A stretch of 63,905 nt of DNA, filler included, from Octopus bimaculoides (Eukaryota), in assembly GCF_001194135.2 (NCBI RefSeq). It is 4 parts of 4 records of this genome, joined end to end, with 100 filler letters (N's around TTAATTAATTAA, not from the genome) between each part and the next. Parts side by side here need not be neighbours in the genome. Positions count along the whole stretch, not along the records: positions 32,637 to 59,178 come from NC_068999.1; positions 59,279 to 63,905 come from NC_068996.1; 2 more parts are not named here. The stretch is one strand, 5' to 3'. Below the pieces are notes generated by a model, which made no database searches, had not been told where the DNA came from, and was given only the letters and a program-made list of their open reading frames with translations. The position numbers were made by a program, and so were the translations under genes. Below are positions 50,042 to 63,234 of the stretch, one piece after another. How positions within the stretch are numbered: the stretch's first letter is position 1; every line of letters begins with the position of its first letter.

Positions 50042-51320
50042 GTAAGTACATTTCTATATTCTTTCTCAAATGAATGAACTTCTTTATTCTCTTATATTGT
50101 ATAATCATTTCTTTTCATTGAGATCTGTCCCAAGAGTAATGATTACATTGTTAAGATCAGTTATGTTTGTGTATATTTGTGTCTGCAGGGAAAGAGAGAG
50201 AAAGAGAGATCATTAAAGATTGTAGCAATCACTGCTGTCTATGATATATTTTGAAAGTTTCTCTCATAACAACTTGTTAAGAAACTTTGAGTAAAGAACA
50301 ACATTCAAAATTCGTAATAAGAATGGTTTTTCCAAGTAAACACTATAAACATTTGAGTGGAAATGGGAAGTTTAGACATTCCTGCCTCTTTCCATGATAT
50401 TAGTAGCATAAGTGAATTAAAAATAGCTTCAGCTAGCAAATATACAAATATTGATTCAAACATTGCTGTAATAATATTTATTGAATGAACATTTCTTATA
50501 TAACATTCCAAATAAAAATGCCTAAAATAGAAACACTTTTATAGGTCCTTCTAGGAGAACAATATTTCCCTTATTTTATGCAGGTTTTGTTACACCCTTT
50601 TTTCCAGGCATATATAGCTCAAATCATTTTTGTCCTAAGCATAATGCTTCATATATTGAGCGACATTTATTTAAAGGACACTCTTGTGACATTTTTGTTG
50701 CAAGTGATTGAATACCTTGAGAGGCAAATATATAGGGATGTGTTGTGAAGTACATGTAGTATTGGTTCCAATAGTTTCATGCTCTGACTGAATGTTAAAT
50801 ATTGTAATTAATAGTTTTTATAGAAGTTTTATGCCAGGCTTAATGCAGAGGTAGAAATATTCTTGACTACTACTGACGTTGTTTCACCCAAAATCAACCT
50901 TGTTTGAGCTATTAATGATGTTCAGATCAGGACAGTCCCTTCACTTTTTTTTCTTTTCAAGCACAGGACATCTTGAATTACATCATCTAATGCTTCCTTT
51001 CTCTTTTTAGAGAATAAGGTTTGATTTGAGGGAGATTTTGACTGTTATTTCTGTCATATTGAGTGACAGGGTGTGAGAACCCTCTTTTTAGTATACGGGT
51101 TAATTACAAAGTCATCAGAACCTGTGAAGATACATCTGTACAAAGAACATTAGTGAATCTTTCATTTTACAAATTCTGCTTCACAACTACATTGTTCCCA
51201 GTTCAGTCCCACTGTGCAGAAATTTGGGAAAGTGTCTTCTTCTACAGCTCCAGGGCACCCAAAACTTTGGAGGCAAACTTGTTAGGCTGAAACTAAAAGA
51301 AACTCGTGTGTGTATGTATA

Positions 51321-51550
51321 CAGTAATCCCTCAACTATCACAGGTGTTACATTCCAAAACCCCCCACATGAATAATTAAAATCTAAAAAAATATAAATAC
51401 CTATCAGCCGCAGAAACCTGGATATTCTGAAGAATCCGTGATATAAATTTACATATATTAGCCAGAAGAATCTGCGATGTACTGAAGTGCACGAAGGTAA
51501 ACCATGATATGCTGAGTGCATGATAGGTGAAGTGCAATATGGTGAGGGAT

Positions 51551-51555
<5 letters not shown>
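51321..51555. mobile_element. Tigger/pogo-type MITE
   Basis: TA-CAGTAATCCCTCA ... TGAGGGATTACT(A)-TA termini. CAGT..ACTG-type ends are typical of pogo/Tigger. Confidence 0.7.
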
Positions 51556-51613
<58 letters not shown>

Positions 51614-53120
51614 GCGTTAGGAAGGGCATCCAGCTGTAGAAACTTTGCCAAATTAGACTGGAGCCTGGTGTTGCCATCCGGTTTCACCAGTCCTCAGTCA
51701 AATCGTCCAACCCATGCTAGCATGGAAAGCGGACGTTAAACGATGATGATGATGATGATGATATATATATATATGTATGTATGTATGTATATATATATAT
51801 CTTTTATTTGTTTTAGTCATTAGACTGCAGCCATGCTGGGGCACCACCTTGAAGAATTTTTAGTTGAATGAATCAACCCCAGTACTTCTTTGTGTGTTTT
51901 TTTTTTAAACTTGGTACTTGTTCTATCAGTCTCTTTTGTTGAACCACTAAGTTATGTGGACATAAATACACCAACACCTGTTGTCAAATGGTGTAGTGAG
52001 GGACAAACACAGTCATAAAGACACACACACACACACACACATGACAGTCTTCTTTTCAGTTTCTATCTACCAAATCCATTCACAAGGCTTTAATTGACAT
52101 GAGGCTATAGTAGAAGATACTTGCTCAAGATGCCATGTTGTGAGACTGAATCTGGAACAATGTACTTGGGAAGCAAGTTTCTTACCACACAGCCACATAA
52201 TGGTAGGGGCTACTATCACCTTACCTTGATATTGCACAATAGATGTAAATGAGCTTCACCATCATGCAAGCAGCTTCCCTTTTTCCCAATCTTCTGTGAA
52301 AGTATATCTGGTCATGGAGAAATATTACCTCACTTGGAAACTGGTTAGGGCTGGTGACTGGAAGGGCATCTGGATGTTCCAAATCCACCTTGACAAATTC
52401 CATCCAGCCCCTGAAAGCCTAGAAAAGTGGACATTAAAAATGATGGTGAAAGTGATGTTACATTAAATTGCTGTTTTTTTGTTTAAAGGCTTTAAACATT
52501 CTTTTCATGTAGATTTTTATTAGAGACTTTGTCAGCTGAAAGTTTCATATTTGAATACAGTTCAAATTTTTCTCATGTGAGAGGTGTTCCCCTTCTCCGT
52601 AATATAGAGGGTTCCTCATTGACTCATTACTGCTGCTGCTACATCCCTGGTCAACTCTGATTAAGCAGACCTGTGATCAAAGACATTCCAGACATGACCA
52701 TTCCACGTTTTTAGGGGTATGTAAGACTACAAAACTGTTGGTGTAAATTTGAATAATATTTGACTGCTATTTCTTGTAGATTAATTAGTCTTATAGAGCA
52801 GTTGTGGGCTGCTCTATAAGACATTTTTTGAGAAGCAAGCGTATGAGACATGGCTCATCATGAGGTAGGCAGCACTGCTAAGAAAATTCAAAGTAATTTT
52901 TCATTAGGAATGTCATTCATAAAGTCCTGCAGGCCACAGTTTGTCCATCACTGCCATAAAGGTTTTTGTTTTTTTTTGTTTTTAGTGGTGATAATACTGA
53001 TAGTAATGGAGTCATGAACATAATGTAAAGATAGTGTTTGAAGCAGTAGTCATAATAATTGGAGTGAAAGTGATGATGGTGTTTGTTTTGTGTGACATAC
53101 AAAGAGATTCTCTTATAAAT

Positions 53121-53285
53121 AGGCACAGGCATGGCTATGTGGTAAGAAGCTTGATTCCCAGCCACATGGTTCCTGGTTCAGTCCTACTGCATGGCACCTT
53201 GGACAAGTGTTTTCTACTATAGCCTTGGGCTGACCAAAGCCTTGTGAGTGAATTTGGCAGATGGAAACTGAAGGAAGCCCGTCGT

Positions 53286-53336
<51 letters not shown>

Positions 53337-53600
53337 TATATATGTATATANNNNNNNNNNACACACACATATATATGTATATATCTAGGTGTATCTTTGT
53401 GTCTGTGTTAGTTCCCCTATCATCACTTGACAACTGGTGTTGGTGTGTTTTTGTCCCTTAAACTTAGTGGTTCAGCAAAGGGATCAATAGAATAAGTACT
53501 AGGCTTCAAAATAAGTCCTGGGGTTGAATTGTTCAACAAAACACATTAGGGCAGTGCTCCAGCATGGCTGCAGTCAAATGAGTGAAACAAGTAAAAAAAA
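53121..53600 (+). mobile_element. SINE family C, full length
   Basis: Same two-part structure with (TA)n/(CA)n centre at 53285-53380. Confidence 0.85.
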
Positions 53601-55899
53601 TTTCTTAAAATATATCAGAGCTGATTAAAGTAACAATAGTGTGACATTGGTTTCAAATTTTGGCAGAAGGCCAGTGAGTTCAAGTGAAGGGTTTAGTTGA
53701 TTACATGAACTCCAGTGCTCAACTGGTACTTATTTTACTGACCCTGAAAGGATGATAGACAAAATCGACCTCAGCAGCATTTGAACTCAGAATATAAAGA
53801 CAGACAAAATACTGATAAACATTTTGTCTGGCATGCTAACAATTCTGCTAGCTCACCACCTTACGACAATGTAATATTATTATCCTAACTTTTGTATCCA
53901 CCACTCACTCCACCATCATTGATATTAAATTTGTGTCATAACGACCCCATCATATCCCTGCACCTCAGAAGCTATTCTGTGTTTCCTTGAACTTTTCCTT
54001 GTTTTTTATCTTTTTTTTTAATGTAGCATAAAAACCTAATAAAAACCTGATAGATAATGGAAGACTTTAGAAACGGAGACCTTTGTATGCTTAGTTAAAG
54101 TAACAAGGCCTTAATTTGTTTCATTGCAATTCTGTTGCATCTTTATTTCCTATAAAACCTACTGCAGGCCATTGTTTTAAGCTTGTTGCATCCACCATGG
54201 AGTGCTAGATATTAAATTAAACCGGGGTTTTGAAAATAATTTTTGTCCAAGCCATTTGCGTTACTAATTGGCCAAGATAACAAAACATTTAATACTTTAA
54301 TTAGATTTTCTAAACCAAATTCAGTCAACCACTGTGTTGGGTTAGAGAGAAGAACACTTTTATTTTATTGCATGTTTTTCTGGGTATTTGTGCTGGAACA
54401 GGGTTCCAATTAGCCAATCATTGGTTCACTGCAGGCAAATCACTAAAATTGATACAATTTATACACATAACCTTTTTTGGTTGAACTTTCTTTTCCTTCG
54501 TATTGTTACATTCATCAAATAGTCACCAAATATTCAAAACATTTATATGATTCTATAAAAATAAATCCTGTACTTGTTTCTATTGCTCTGTCTCTCTCTC
54601 TCTTTCTTTCTCTCTATTTGTTCTTTTATTTCTCTATTTCTGTCTTTTTTTTTCTTTCTTTCTATTATGGTTTCTAGACCTCTGTCTTAGTTTCGCTTTG
54701 TTCAATCTCTCCTCTGCCTCTTTTGCTTGATCTCTCTCCTCTCTCCCTTCCTTTCTCTTTCCTCCCTCCCTCTCCCTTCCCCTCTCTTTTTGTTTCCCAT
54801 TCCCAAAGTTTGTCTTCATCCTCTTTATCCAATAGAATGAATCAATTGTGAATTAGTTGAACTTTACTGTTCATCAAAGCAGTGTTGTGATAATTTATAT
54901 TTTTATTCCAGTATGAATGGCTTTCCTTGCTTAGTTATTGCTATTATGAGACAAATTTGATCAACTAAATATTTTCTTCTTCATTCCACCCATATTGTGA
55001 ACAAGTCAATTTATAATGAGTCACAGCATTTTTAAAAATTGTTAGCTTCAGAAATCAATCTGTAAATTCCACTTATATTGGACTGCATAGATTGACTGGT
55101 TTCTTTCATTTTTTACCAAATTCCAAATAAATCCAAACATACATCCATTTATGTATTTGCTTTCCTTGATGGCGTTCTACCTTAGTCCCAGTTCATGACT
55201 GATATAGCAGTCCTATGATCAAAGATATTCTAACTATGACTATCTCAGCTTGTTTTTAAATGTGGTGTATCATAGACCACATTATTTCAAAATGTTTTGC
55301 TATTTGCTAGATGGTAGGGTGTGTCATTTAGAGGAAAGGATTTTATTGCTATTTCTAGCAGGTCAAATGCTCTTTAATGGACTCCAGTTAAATAATTTGA
55401 TAGAAAAGAGCCTACTTCCAGGACTTTCTGGAAACAGTCCAAATAAAAGGAAAGACAGAATTTAGTGTTTCCATTACCAATTGACAGAAATAACACTTCG
55501 TAAATAAAATTTTTAATTACATACTTAGCTATTAACACTATCTTTTATCAGTACCAGTGATTGGTTTGTGGCCATGCTGGTGCACCACCTTAAAGGGTTT
55601 AGTAAAACAAATTCACCCCAATTCTTTTTTTTTTAAGTCGGGTACTCTTTCTATTAATTCCTTTTGACAAAATGCTAAGTTAAGAGATATGCATATATAG
55701 ACATATCTATGTATGTACATATGTATGTACATATGTATGTATGTATGTATAACAGCATCAAAAAGTTATATTTGGTGGAATAAGGATTAGTTCAGCAAAC
55801 TTGTTTATACATATACCCGGGGAGCTGAGATTTTCCAGTGTTGCTGAAATTATACTGTTTATGTTATATTATTTTCTATATTATATAATAATATTCCAA

Positions 55900-56214
55900 C
55901 AATAACCATACACACCCACACACTTACTACTCACACAAACACACATGGACACAGATACTACCACACCATCTTCGCACATTCCTGTCCCAAAAACATCACT
56001 TTCACCATCTCTTTCTACTTCCGGTCACTTCAGTAATGTAATTACACACATGCTGTTGGTGATTTCTTTTCCTTTGGACGTTTCCCTTTATCCTTTCCGA
56101 CAAAGAGGTGTGCTCGAATCATCAAACTCTATCTCTCTTCACCAAGTGTCAAGCTAATACATTTCTTGTGCACTTCCTCTTGTTGTCTGTTAATTTTTAC
56201 TTGTTTATTTGAAT

Positions 56215-56270
<56 letters not shown>
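55900..56270 (+). mobile_element. Penelope-like 3' end with degenerate hammerhead-like motif
   Basis: CCGACAAAGAGGTGTGCTCGAATCATC at 56097-56123, preceded by a pyrimidine-rich tract and followed by (TA)n, as in the 34.4 kb copy. Confidence 0.45.
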
Positions 56271-56276
<6 letters not shown>

Positions 56277-57009
56277 ATGGAGAAATTATACAATCCATTT
56301 CTCTATATGTTATGATGAAATACAATCACTCACTCTCTCTCTCTCTCTCTCTCGTGCATACATGCACACACATGTATACAAAAAAGATGAGTGCATATGT
56401 ATTTATGTATGTGTACAGGTAAGATGTGTGTGTGTGTGAGAGAGAGAGATACAGAGTGAGTGCCACTTACATATACATGACAACACACACCTTCACTCAC
56501 TCACTCTCTCACTCTCTTTCTCTCTCACGTACATGCAGACATGAGCACACACACACACACACATCCATTTCATATACATGTACATACATCTTTCCCTTTC
56601 TCCTCTTTCACTTTCTACTCTCACTTCAAAGCAAATGACACGGCTTCACTTTCTCTTCTCTTTCAATTTCTGCTCTCTTCAAAGCATAAAAAATATAAAG
56701 TTTTTACGGAAATTGACGAATACATTCGAAAACTGAGTTGCCGATTTTGACATATGGAGTATCAAAAGATTCAGTAATCTTTTGGCTAACAACTATCCTA
56801 AACATTTTATACCACAATGATGACGTCACATTTTCTATATCAGTGTGTGTACCTTAAAAAGACATCCATTTCTCTATATGTTATGAAGAAATACAGTCAC
56901 TCACTTTCTCTCTCACATGCACATATACATACAAAAAAGATGTATGCATATATAGTTATATAGTTCTATATTTAAGAGATGAGGAATTATGTGCATTATT
57001 TACATTTGA

Positions 57010-57057
<48 letters not shown>

Positions 57058-57096
57058 TGGTGATGGATTACTGCAAATATATATATATATATATAT

Positions 57097-58925
57097 ATCG
57101 TCGGCTTCAGCTCATTTCTGAGCATTGGGTTCATCAGTCTCCTTCACAGTTGTTTGTGCTTAATGTGACTTTGAAGTCCAAGTCAGTGGTGAAAGAGTCG
57201 TGGGCAGAATTCCCACAAGATGGTCGGTGCAGGTCGAGGATGTTGAAGACGCTCCTTTCTTCTCCTGCATTTTACCTCCTTATTCTTTTGTTTGTTCTGC
57301 TCGAAGGAGCTGGCTCCATTGTAGATAGCAGTCCTCCAGGCTGTCTTATCCATGGTAGTTTGTTCCCATGAGGATGGCTGGATGTTAGTTTGAGCAGGGT
57401 CTGTTTGAGCTAGTCTTTAAAATGGAATTTTGGGCTTCCTCTGGGTCTTGTTTCGATTGCAAGTTCTCTGTAGATGATGGCAAAGAATGGTGGCTTCAAC
57501 GCTCAGTAGTGAGGTGCAGCGAAGAACCTCATTGTTTGTAATATGATCTTTCCACTGAAAATTGAGGAACTGTTGGAGCCTGGATTGCTAGAAGCATTCA
57601 AGACGCTTGAAGTCATGGCGATACAGCATCCAAGTTTCACAAGCATAAAGAAGAGTTGAGAGGACAATATCATGGAAGACCATGATCTTTTTCCAGATGG
57701 TCAGTGTGTGATTGAAGAATACATGATGGCTGAGTCTACCGAAGGCGTAGTGGGCCACCCTGATCCGGTTCTCCAAGTTCTTTTCACATGTGGGGGTCTT
57801 CGAAAGAATACTCCCAAGGTATGAGAAGTGTTCAACTTCTTCTAGGGATGACCATTGATGCTAATGTTCGTAGGTGGACTGTTCTGGCCTGGTGCAGGTT
57901 GGCTCAGTATCTTGATCTTTAATATATTTACCTGCATCCCGAAGCATTCATAAGCCGCATTGTAAAGATCAGCTGTCCTATGTAGACCATCTACAGTCTG
58001 GCTCGTGGTGGCATTGTTGTTGGTATACTGCATCTCATCGACTGAGATGGTAGAGGTCCTCGTCTTTGCACGGAGACATGCAAGATTGAAGAGTCCACCA
58101 TCCAAGTGATAGTGCATGTTGATGGAAGGTGAGTCCAATGGGATTTCATTGAACATGACAGCCATGTACAAAGAGAAGCAGGTTGGTGCCAGGATGCATC
58201 CTTACTTAAGACCCCCAGTGATGGGAAATAAGTCTGTGAGAGCATTTTGATGGCATGCCCTACCCACCATGCTATCGTGAAGGGAATGGACCAGGGCAAT
58301 GAAGTCCTCAGGACATCCAAACTGAGCAGGAACAGCCCACATTGCGGGACGGGGGATCTTGTCAAAGGCTTTCTTTAGATCCCAGAAGATGAATAGGCTA
58401 TTGTTGTTCTTGATACTTCTCCTGAAGATGGCAAGCACAAAAGATCATGTCGATTGTGTCTCGAGAGGGTCGAAACCCACACTGGGACTAAGGGAGGACG
58501 TCTTCTGTGAGGATGAGGAGGCAATTGAGTAGGATACAGGTGAAGATCTTGTTTGCAATACTCAGGAGTGAGATGCTCCTATAATTGTTGCAATCCTCTC
58601 GGTCTCTTTTCTTGTAGATGGTGATGATAGATGCATTGTGGAAGTCATTTGGGAGGGTCTTGCTTTCCCAGATCTTGAGGATAAGGAACATCACATGATT
58701 TCTCAGCTCAGGACCTCCATGTGTTGTCTGGTCCTGGAGCTTTGCCCGGCTTCATGTGCTTGAATGCCTTGTTGAACTCATGGGTCGAGGGCAGAGGGAT
58801 ATCAGGTGGAGGATGGGGTGTTGCGAGGTGTTTTGGAGATTGTCTGGAGTGCTTGAGTAGTCATTGAGTAGGCTCTTGAAATGGGACTTCCAACTATCAA
58901 GGATTTCCTGGGTCTTAGTTATCAG
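57097..58925 (-). mobile_element. 5'-truncated RTE (BovB-like) LINE, frameshifted
   Basis: Successive minus-strand fragments: LPNDFHNASIITIYKKRDREDCNNYRSISLLSIANKIF, FWDLKKAFDKIPR, QFGCPEDFIALV, HLDGGLFNLACLRAKTRT, GMQVNILKIKILSQPAPG and VLSTLLYACETWMLYRHDFKRLECF. Confidence 0.92.
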
Positions 58926-58952
58926 AGAACCAACTGTGTTATATATATATAT

Positions 58953-59076
58953 AAGTAATATTCATAGCCACTTTAACATGGATGTCTGTTCGAGCAGACT
59001 CTTCTGAAATTTTTAAAGTAGCTACGAATATTAGCAGACTCTACTGCAATTTTTAAAGTGGCCATGAATATTACTT
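58953..59076. repeat. Small inverted repeat element (24-bp arms) with internal tandem duplication
   Basis: AAGTAATATTCATAGCCACTTTAA / TTAAAGTGGCCATGAATATTACTT, 1 mismatch. Internal AGCAGACTCT..TGxAATTTTTAAAGT occurs twice. Confidence 0.7.
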
Positions 59077-59278
59077 GTCAAATATTTTGAATATTATTTA
59101 TCAGTACGACTACTGCATTGATCTCTTAGAAAGATTTTAGAACTACCATTTTTACTTTTATATATATATATATATATANNNNNNNNNNNNNNNNNNNNNN
59201 NNNNNNNNNNNNNNNNNNNNNNTTAATTAATTAANNNNNNNNNNNNNNNNNNNNNNNNNNNNNNNNNNNNNNNNNNNN

Positions 59279-59610
59279 TGAAGTCAGAGAGATGGGCCTG
59301 TAGTTTCCAGCCTCTGCTCTGCTTCCACCTTTATGGATAGGACATATGGTGCCTTCCTTCAGCTTTTTGGGAAGTTTACCATTTGCAAGGAAACTCTGGA
59401 AGAGTATCCGGAGTGGTCCTGCTAATTCTTGTTTACACGACTTTAAGAGGACAGCTGAGAAACCATCGGGGCCAGTTGCCGAATTTGAGCTCATTTCATT
59501 TATGGCAGCTATCACATCTTCCTCTCCAATGTCGATGTAGGTAATGGATGCAGTCCCCTTCTGCTGAGTGCTATTGTCAAAGAAATCAGCTGAGTTCTTT
59601 ATCTGCATGT
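59279..59610 (-). mobile_element. CR1/Jockey-group LINE fragment upstream of RT core, open frame (cut by linker)
   Basis: EEDVIAAINEMSSNSATGPDGFSAVLLKSCKQELAGPLRILFQSFLANGKLPKKLKEGTICPIHKGGSRAEAGNYRPISLTS, with no stops. Confidence 0.9.
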
Positions 59611-59865
59611 GACTCAGAGGAGAGGTGAAGACACTCTTGAATATGTATATATATTTATATTTTTTCTCTATTTATATATATACATATATATGTATGTATA
59701 TATATATATGTCTATATTTTTCTCTCTTTTGTTGCTCGTTTACCTCTCATTTTCATTTACTGTTCCACTTGGCTCTTGTGCAAATATTGGTAAATTTCAA
59801 GACCTCATGTATGCACACACACATACATTAACTGCTTGTTTCTCTGTCAAATTATATATAACATT

Positions 59866-60226
59866 AGCACTCAGAGAACACAAACCTCCCCCAAGGCAAA
59901 ACCAACGTCTTCTCAACGATTAGTCTGAGATGATTTTTAAAATGCGAATATCTGAAATAAACTCAACTGCTCTCACAAACAAGAATACTAAAAATGAACC
60001 AGACTACTCTCAAAAATTAACTAAAAAAAACAGGAAAAATAATCCAGAATCCTTATCCGGTACTGTATCAATCCCCAAATCTAATCAGTATGTACCAGTC
60101 ATGAGGCCAAACATCCCTGAAAGTTTCATCCGAATCCATCCAACAGTTCTTGAGATATCTTGTCCACAGACAAACAAACAAACACAACTGAAAACAATAC
60201 CTCCGCCTTTGCTAAGGGGGAGGTAA
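59866..60226 (+). mobile_element. HINE-like non-autonomous rolling-circle element with 3' hairpin
   Basis: Ends ACCTCCGCCTT-TGCT-AAGGGGGAGGT-AATAA (hairpin). Internal (ACAA)n, no TIRs, no polyA. Confidence 0.6.
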
Positions 60227-60674
60227 TAAATAATTTAAACTAAAGGATTACTTTTTGTTGAGTACATCTTTTCTTTTATCTTTTACTTATTTCACTTATT
60301 AGACAGTGGCCAGCCTGGAGCACTGCCTTGAACAATTTTAGTCAAACAAATTACCGTCACTAATAAAACTAAATAAAACATCTTTTATTTTCTACCTTTC
60401 ACTTGTTTAAGTTGTTAGATTGTGACCAGGCTGGGGCACTGCCTTGAAAAGTCTTAATTAAATGAATCGTTCCAGCACTTAATTTTTTTTTTACTTATTG
60501 TATTGGTCCCTTTTTGCTGAACCACTAAGGTACATGGATGAAAACAAATGAACAGTAGTTGTCAGGCAGTAGTGCAGGACAAACACAAAGGCACACACAC
60601 ACACACATCACACCACACACACACACGTATATGTGTGTGTGTGTATGTATGTGGTGTGATGTGTGTGTGTGAGG

Positions 60675-60970
60675 GTACATGGCCCTAGTGGTTAGGGTGT
60701 TATACATACGATCATTAGATCATGATTTTATTTCCTAGACCGGATGATGCTTTTTGTTCTTGAGCAAAACACTTCATCTCACGTCGCTCTGCGATCATTT
60801 CGACACCTGATGCATACCACACAGTGCCCCTGTTCACACAACATCAATTTGATGGAGTGAGTGAGCTAATGTGTGACATGAACATTTGATCACTATAAAC
60901 AAATCATTTGTGCAGGTCATTCAACAAAAACAGAATGCTAATAGGTTGTTTTTGACAGGAGAGTCCATCA
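60675..60970 (+). mobile_element. tRNA-derived SINE family E (second copy 21025-21250; related minus copy about 47930-48150)
   Basis: CATGGxCTAGxGGTTAGGGTGT head and shared AACATTTGxTCxCTATAAA 3' segment. Confidence 0.6.
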
Positions 60971-60978
60971 TATAAATA

Positions 60979-62260
60979 CAGGGTGCAGTGAATAATTTGT
61001 CGTCTAAATTATGCAAAGATGAAAATAACACTGATATCTCATTTTAACAGATATATTTACCAAAATTACGTAAAAATATCTTGAAATACAAAAGAGTAAA
61101 TATTTTCAATAAAATCGCCATTGACTTCAACAACAACCTCCAGACGACTTCGGAATCTCCTCCAATTCTTCTGGACAGTCTCCTTGTTTAAGTTGGTGAA
61201 TGCTATCATAATCAATTCATCTTTTGTGTTACAAGGAGTTTTGTTGGTCTCTTGCTCAACTGTGCCCCACACATAATAATCAAGAGGGTTGCAGTCTGGG
61301 GAGTTAGATGGCCAGATGTTAGGGGTGATGTGGTTGTAGAAATTGTCTGATGGACATGACTGAGTTCTCTTGCTTGCATGACGTGGTGCACAGTCCTGTT
61401 GCCAGACATAGGGTCTTCCAGCAGCCATCCTCTTGATCCAGGGTAGCACTACCTCCTATAGGCACTTGATGTAGGCCTGCATGTTGAGTCTGAGGCCATG
61501 TGGGAAGATGAATGGAAGCATAACCTCACCATCACAAGGGATCACTCCAAACACCATGATGTTGACTGGATGTTTGTTTTTTATCACTTTCAGAACATGT
61601 ATTGTGGACATGAAAAGTGAATGGTTGTTTTGTGTGCTCACCATCTGATCCTGGCAGAAATTTTCTTGTCTGAACAAAACCAAAGCATGTTTGGTTGGAG
61701 GGAATACTTGAGTTTGTTCAAAAGCTTCATAGCATGGTCTTTCCTCTTGTCCTTGATGGCTTGGGATAAAAATTGGCCCTTTCTCATCTTGTATGAGGAA
61801 TACCAAATGTCTTTATGCACCACCTGCCTGATAAGAAACTCAGACACTCCCATGTCCCTGATTGACTTAGAGGGATCATTGTCAATCATGGCCTGGATCC
61901 CACCAACAAATTCAGGAGTTATTTTCTTAGCAGAACGATCAGATTGAGTTTTCCAAGCTGCCGTACCTTCGTAATCGCCATTAGACTCATCCAACTCTTT
62001 CCAAATTCTCTGCACTGAACTCAGTTTGACACACAAACACTCTGAAATGATCGTATTGGAGCTTCCGGCATGAATGCCAAGCAGTACAGTATGTCATTCC
62101 CAAATTTCTGGCAGAGGGAATTGCATCATGGTGCTGTTTTTCTCACAGACGGTGCCCAACCGACCCTACCATACTGTGTAGTCAACAAAATCAAAAACAT
62201 ACAATGCACATGTGCGAAATTAAAGCTATAAAATGGCAACAATTTAGCCATTGCACCCAG
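60979..62260 (-). mobile_element. Tc1/mariner DD37D (maT/Bmmar1-like) transposon, decayed
   Basis: Imperfect TIRs CAGGGTGCAGTG.../CTGGGTGCAATG... flanked by TA. In the ORF fragments VWQQD...WPSNSPDCNPLDYYVW I count 37 residues between the second and third Asp. Frameshifted. Confidence 0.88.
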
Positions 62261-62458
62261 TATATATATAAGAAGGGATTAAAGACATGACTTTCTTCAT
62301 TCTTATTTCTATTTTTGTTATATATACATATGTTCTATTGATTTAATATGGATGGACATAACATCACAATATGACATTTATACCAATTATATCTACTTGA
62401 GTTTTTCATATACTTAGCATTCTTGATGAATATATTAATATATTGTTATATACTTACT

Positions 62459-62840
62459 GGAGGTGCAATGGCCCAGTGGTTAGGGTAGTGGACTCTCAGT
62501 CATAGGATCGCGGTTTCGATTCCCATACTGAGCGTTGTGAGTGTTTATTGAGCGAAAACACCTAAAGCTCCACGAGGCTCCCGCAGGGGATGGTGGCGAA
62601 CCCTGCTGTACTCTTTCGCCACAACTTTCTCTCACTCTTACTTCCTGTTTCTGTTGTACCTGTATTTCAAAGGGTCAGCCTTGTCACACTGTGTCACGCT
62701 GAATATCCCCGAGAACTACATTAAGAGTACACGTGTCTGTGGAGTGCTTGGCCACTTGCACGTTAATTTCACGAGCAGGTTGTTCCGTTGATCGGATCAA
62801 CTGCAACCCTCATCGTCGTAAACGACGGAGTGCCACTGCC
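62459..62840 (+). mobile_element. SINE family B with 11-bp TSD
   Basis: ATATACTTACT at 62448-62458 and 62841-62851. Confidence 0.92.
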
Positions 62841-63234
62841 ATATACTTACTTTACAACTCCAGTATACTCAACCTTATTCCCACTTCTAGGTCTATGTTT
62901 TATACTATGCTCTTTGTGCTTAAAGTTTATCAGTTAATGGTTTTCAGCCATTTACTCAACACGCAGGAATTGAACACCTATTTTGTATATCTTAAACTAC
63001 CTCTGAAGAAGATTCGACTTACAAATAATTTAAAATTTTATTAATTAATTTTATTGATTTTATCAATTTAATCTTGTTTATTAAGTTCCTCTCTATTTTC
63101 TTATCTTATTATAATAAGTAAATATATATAAACCTCGGTTTATATAGTTACCTTGCAGTTGAGTATTAACTGTAATGTTCAACATTCTTAAATGAAGTTT
63201 GTAACTTTTAATTGTACTTATATATATATATATC

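Noticed and set aside
50584-50750. Possible terminal GPCR exon after tttatgcag| or ttttttccag|
   Set aside because: In frame to a stop, but the peptide is hydrophobic and unlike an expected cytoplasmic tail, so it is unsupported.
51063-51290. 75-aa ORF with normal composition
   Set aside because: GTG start, no recognisable domain and no flanking splice signals.
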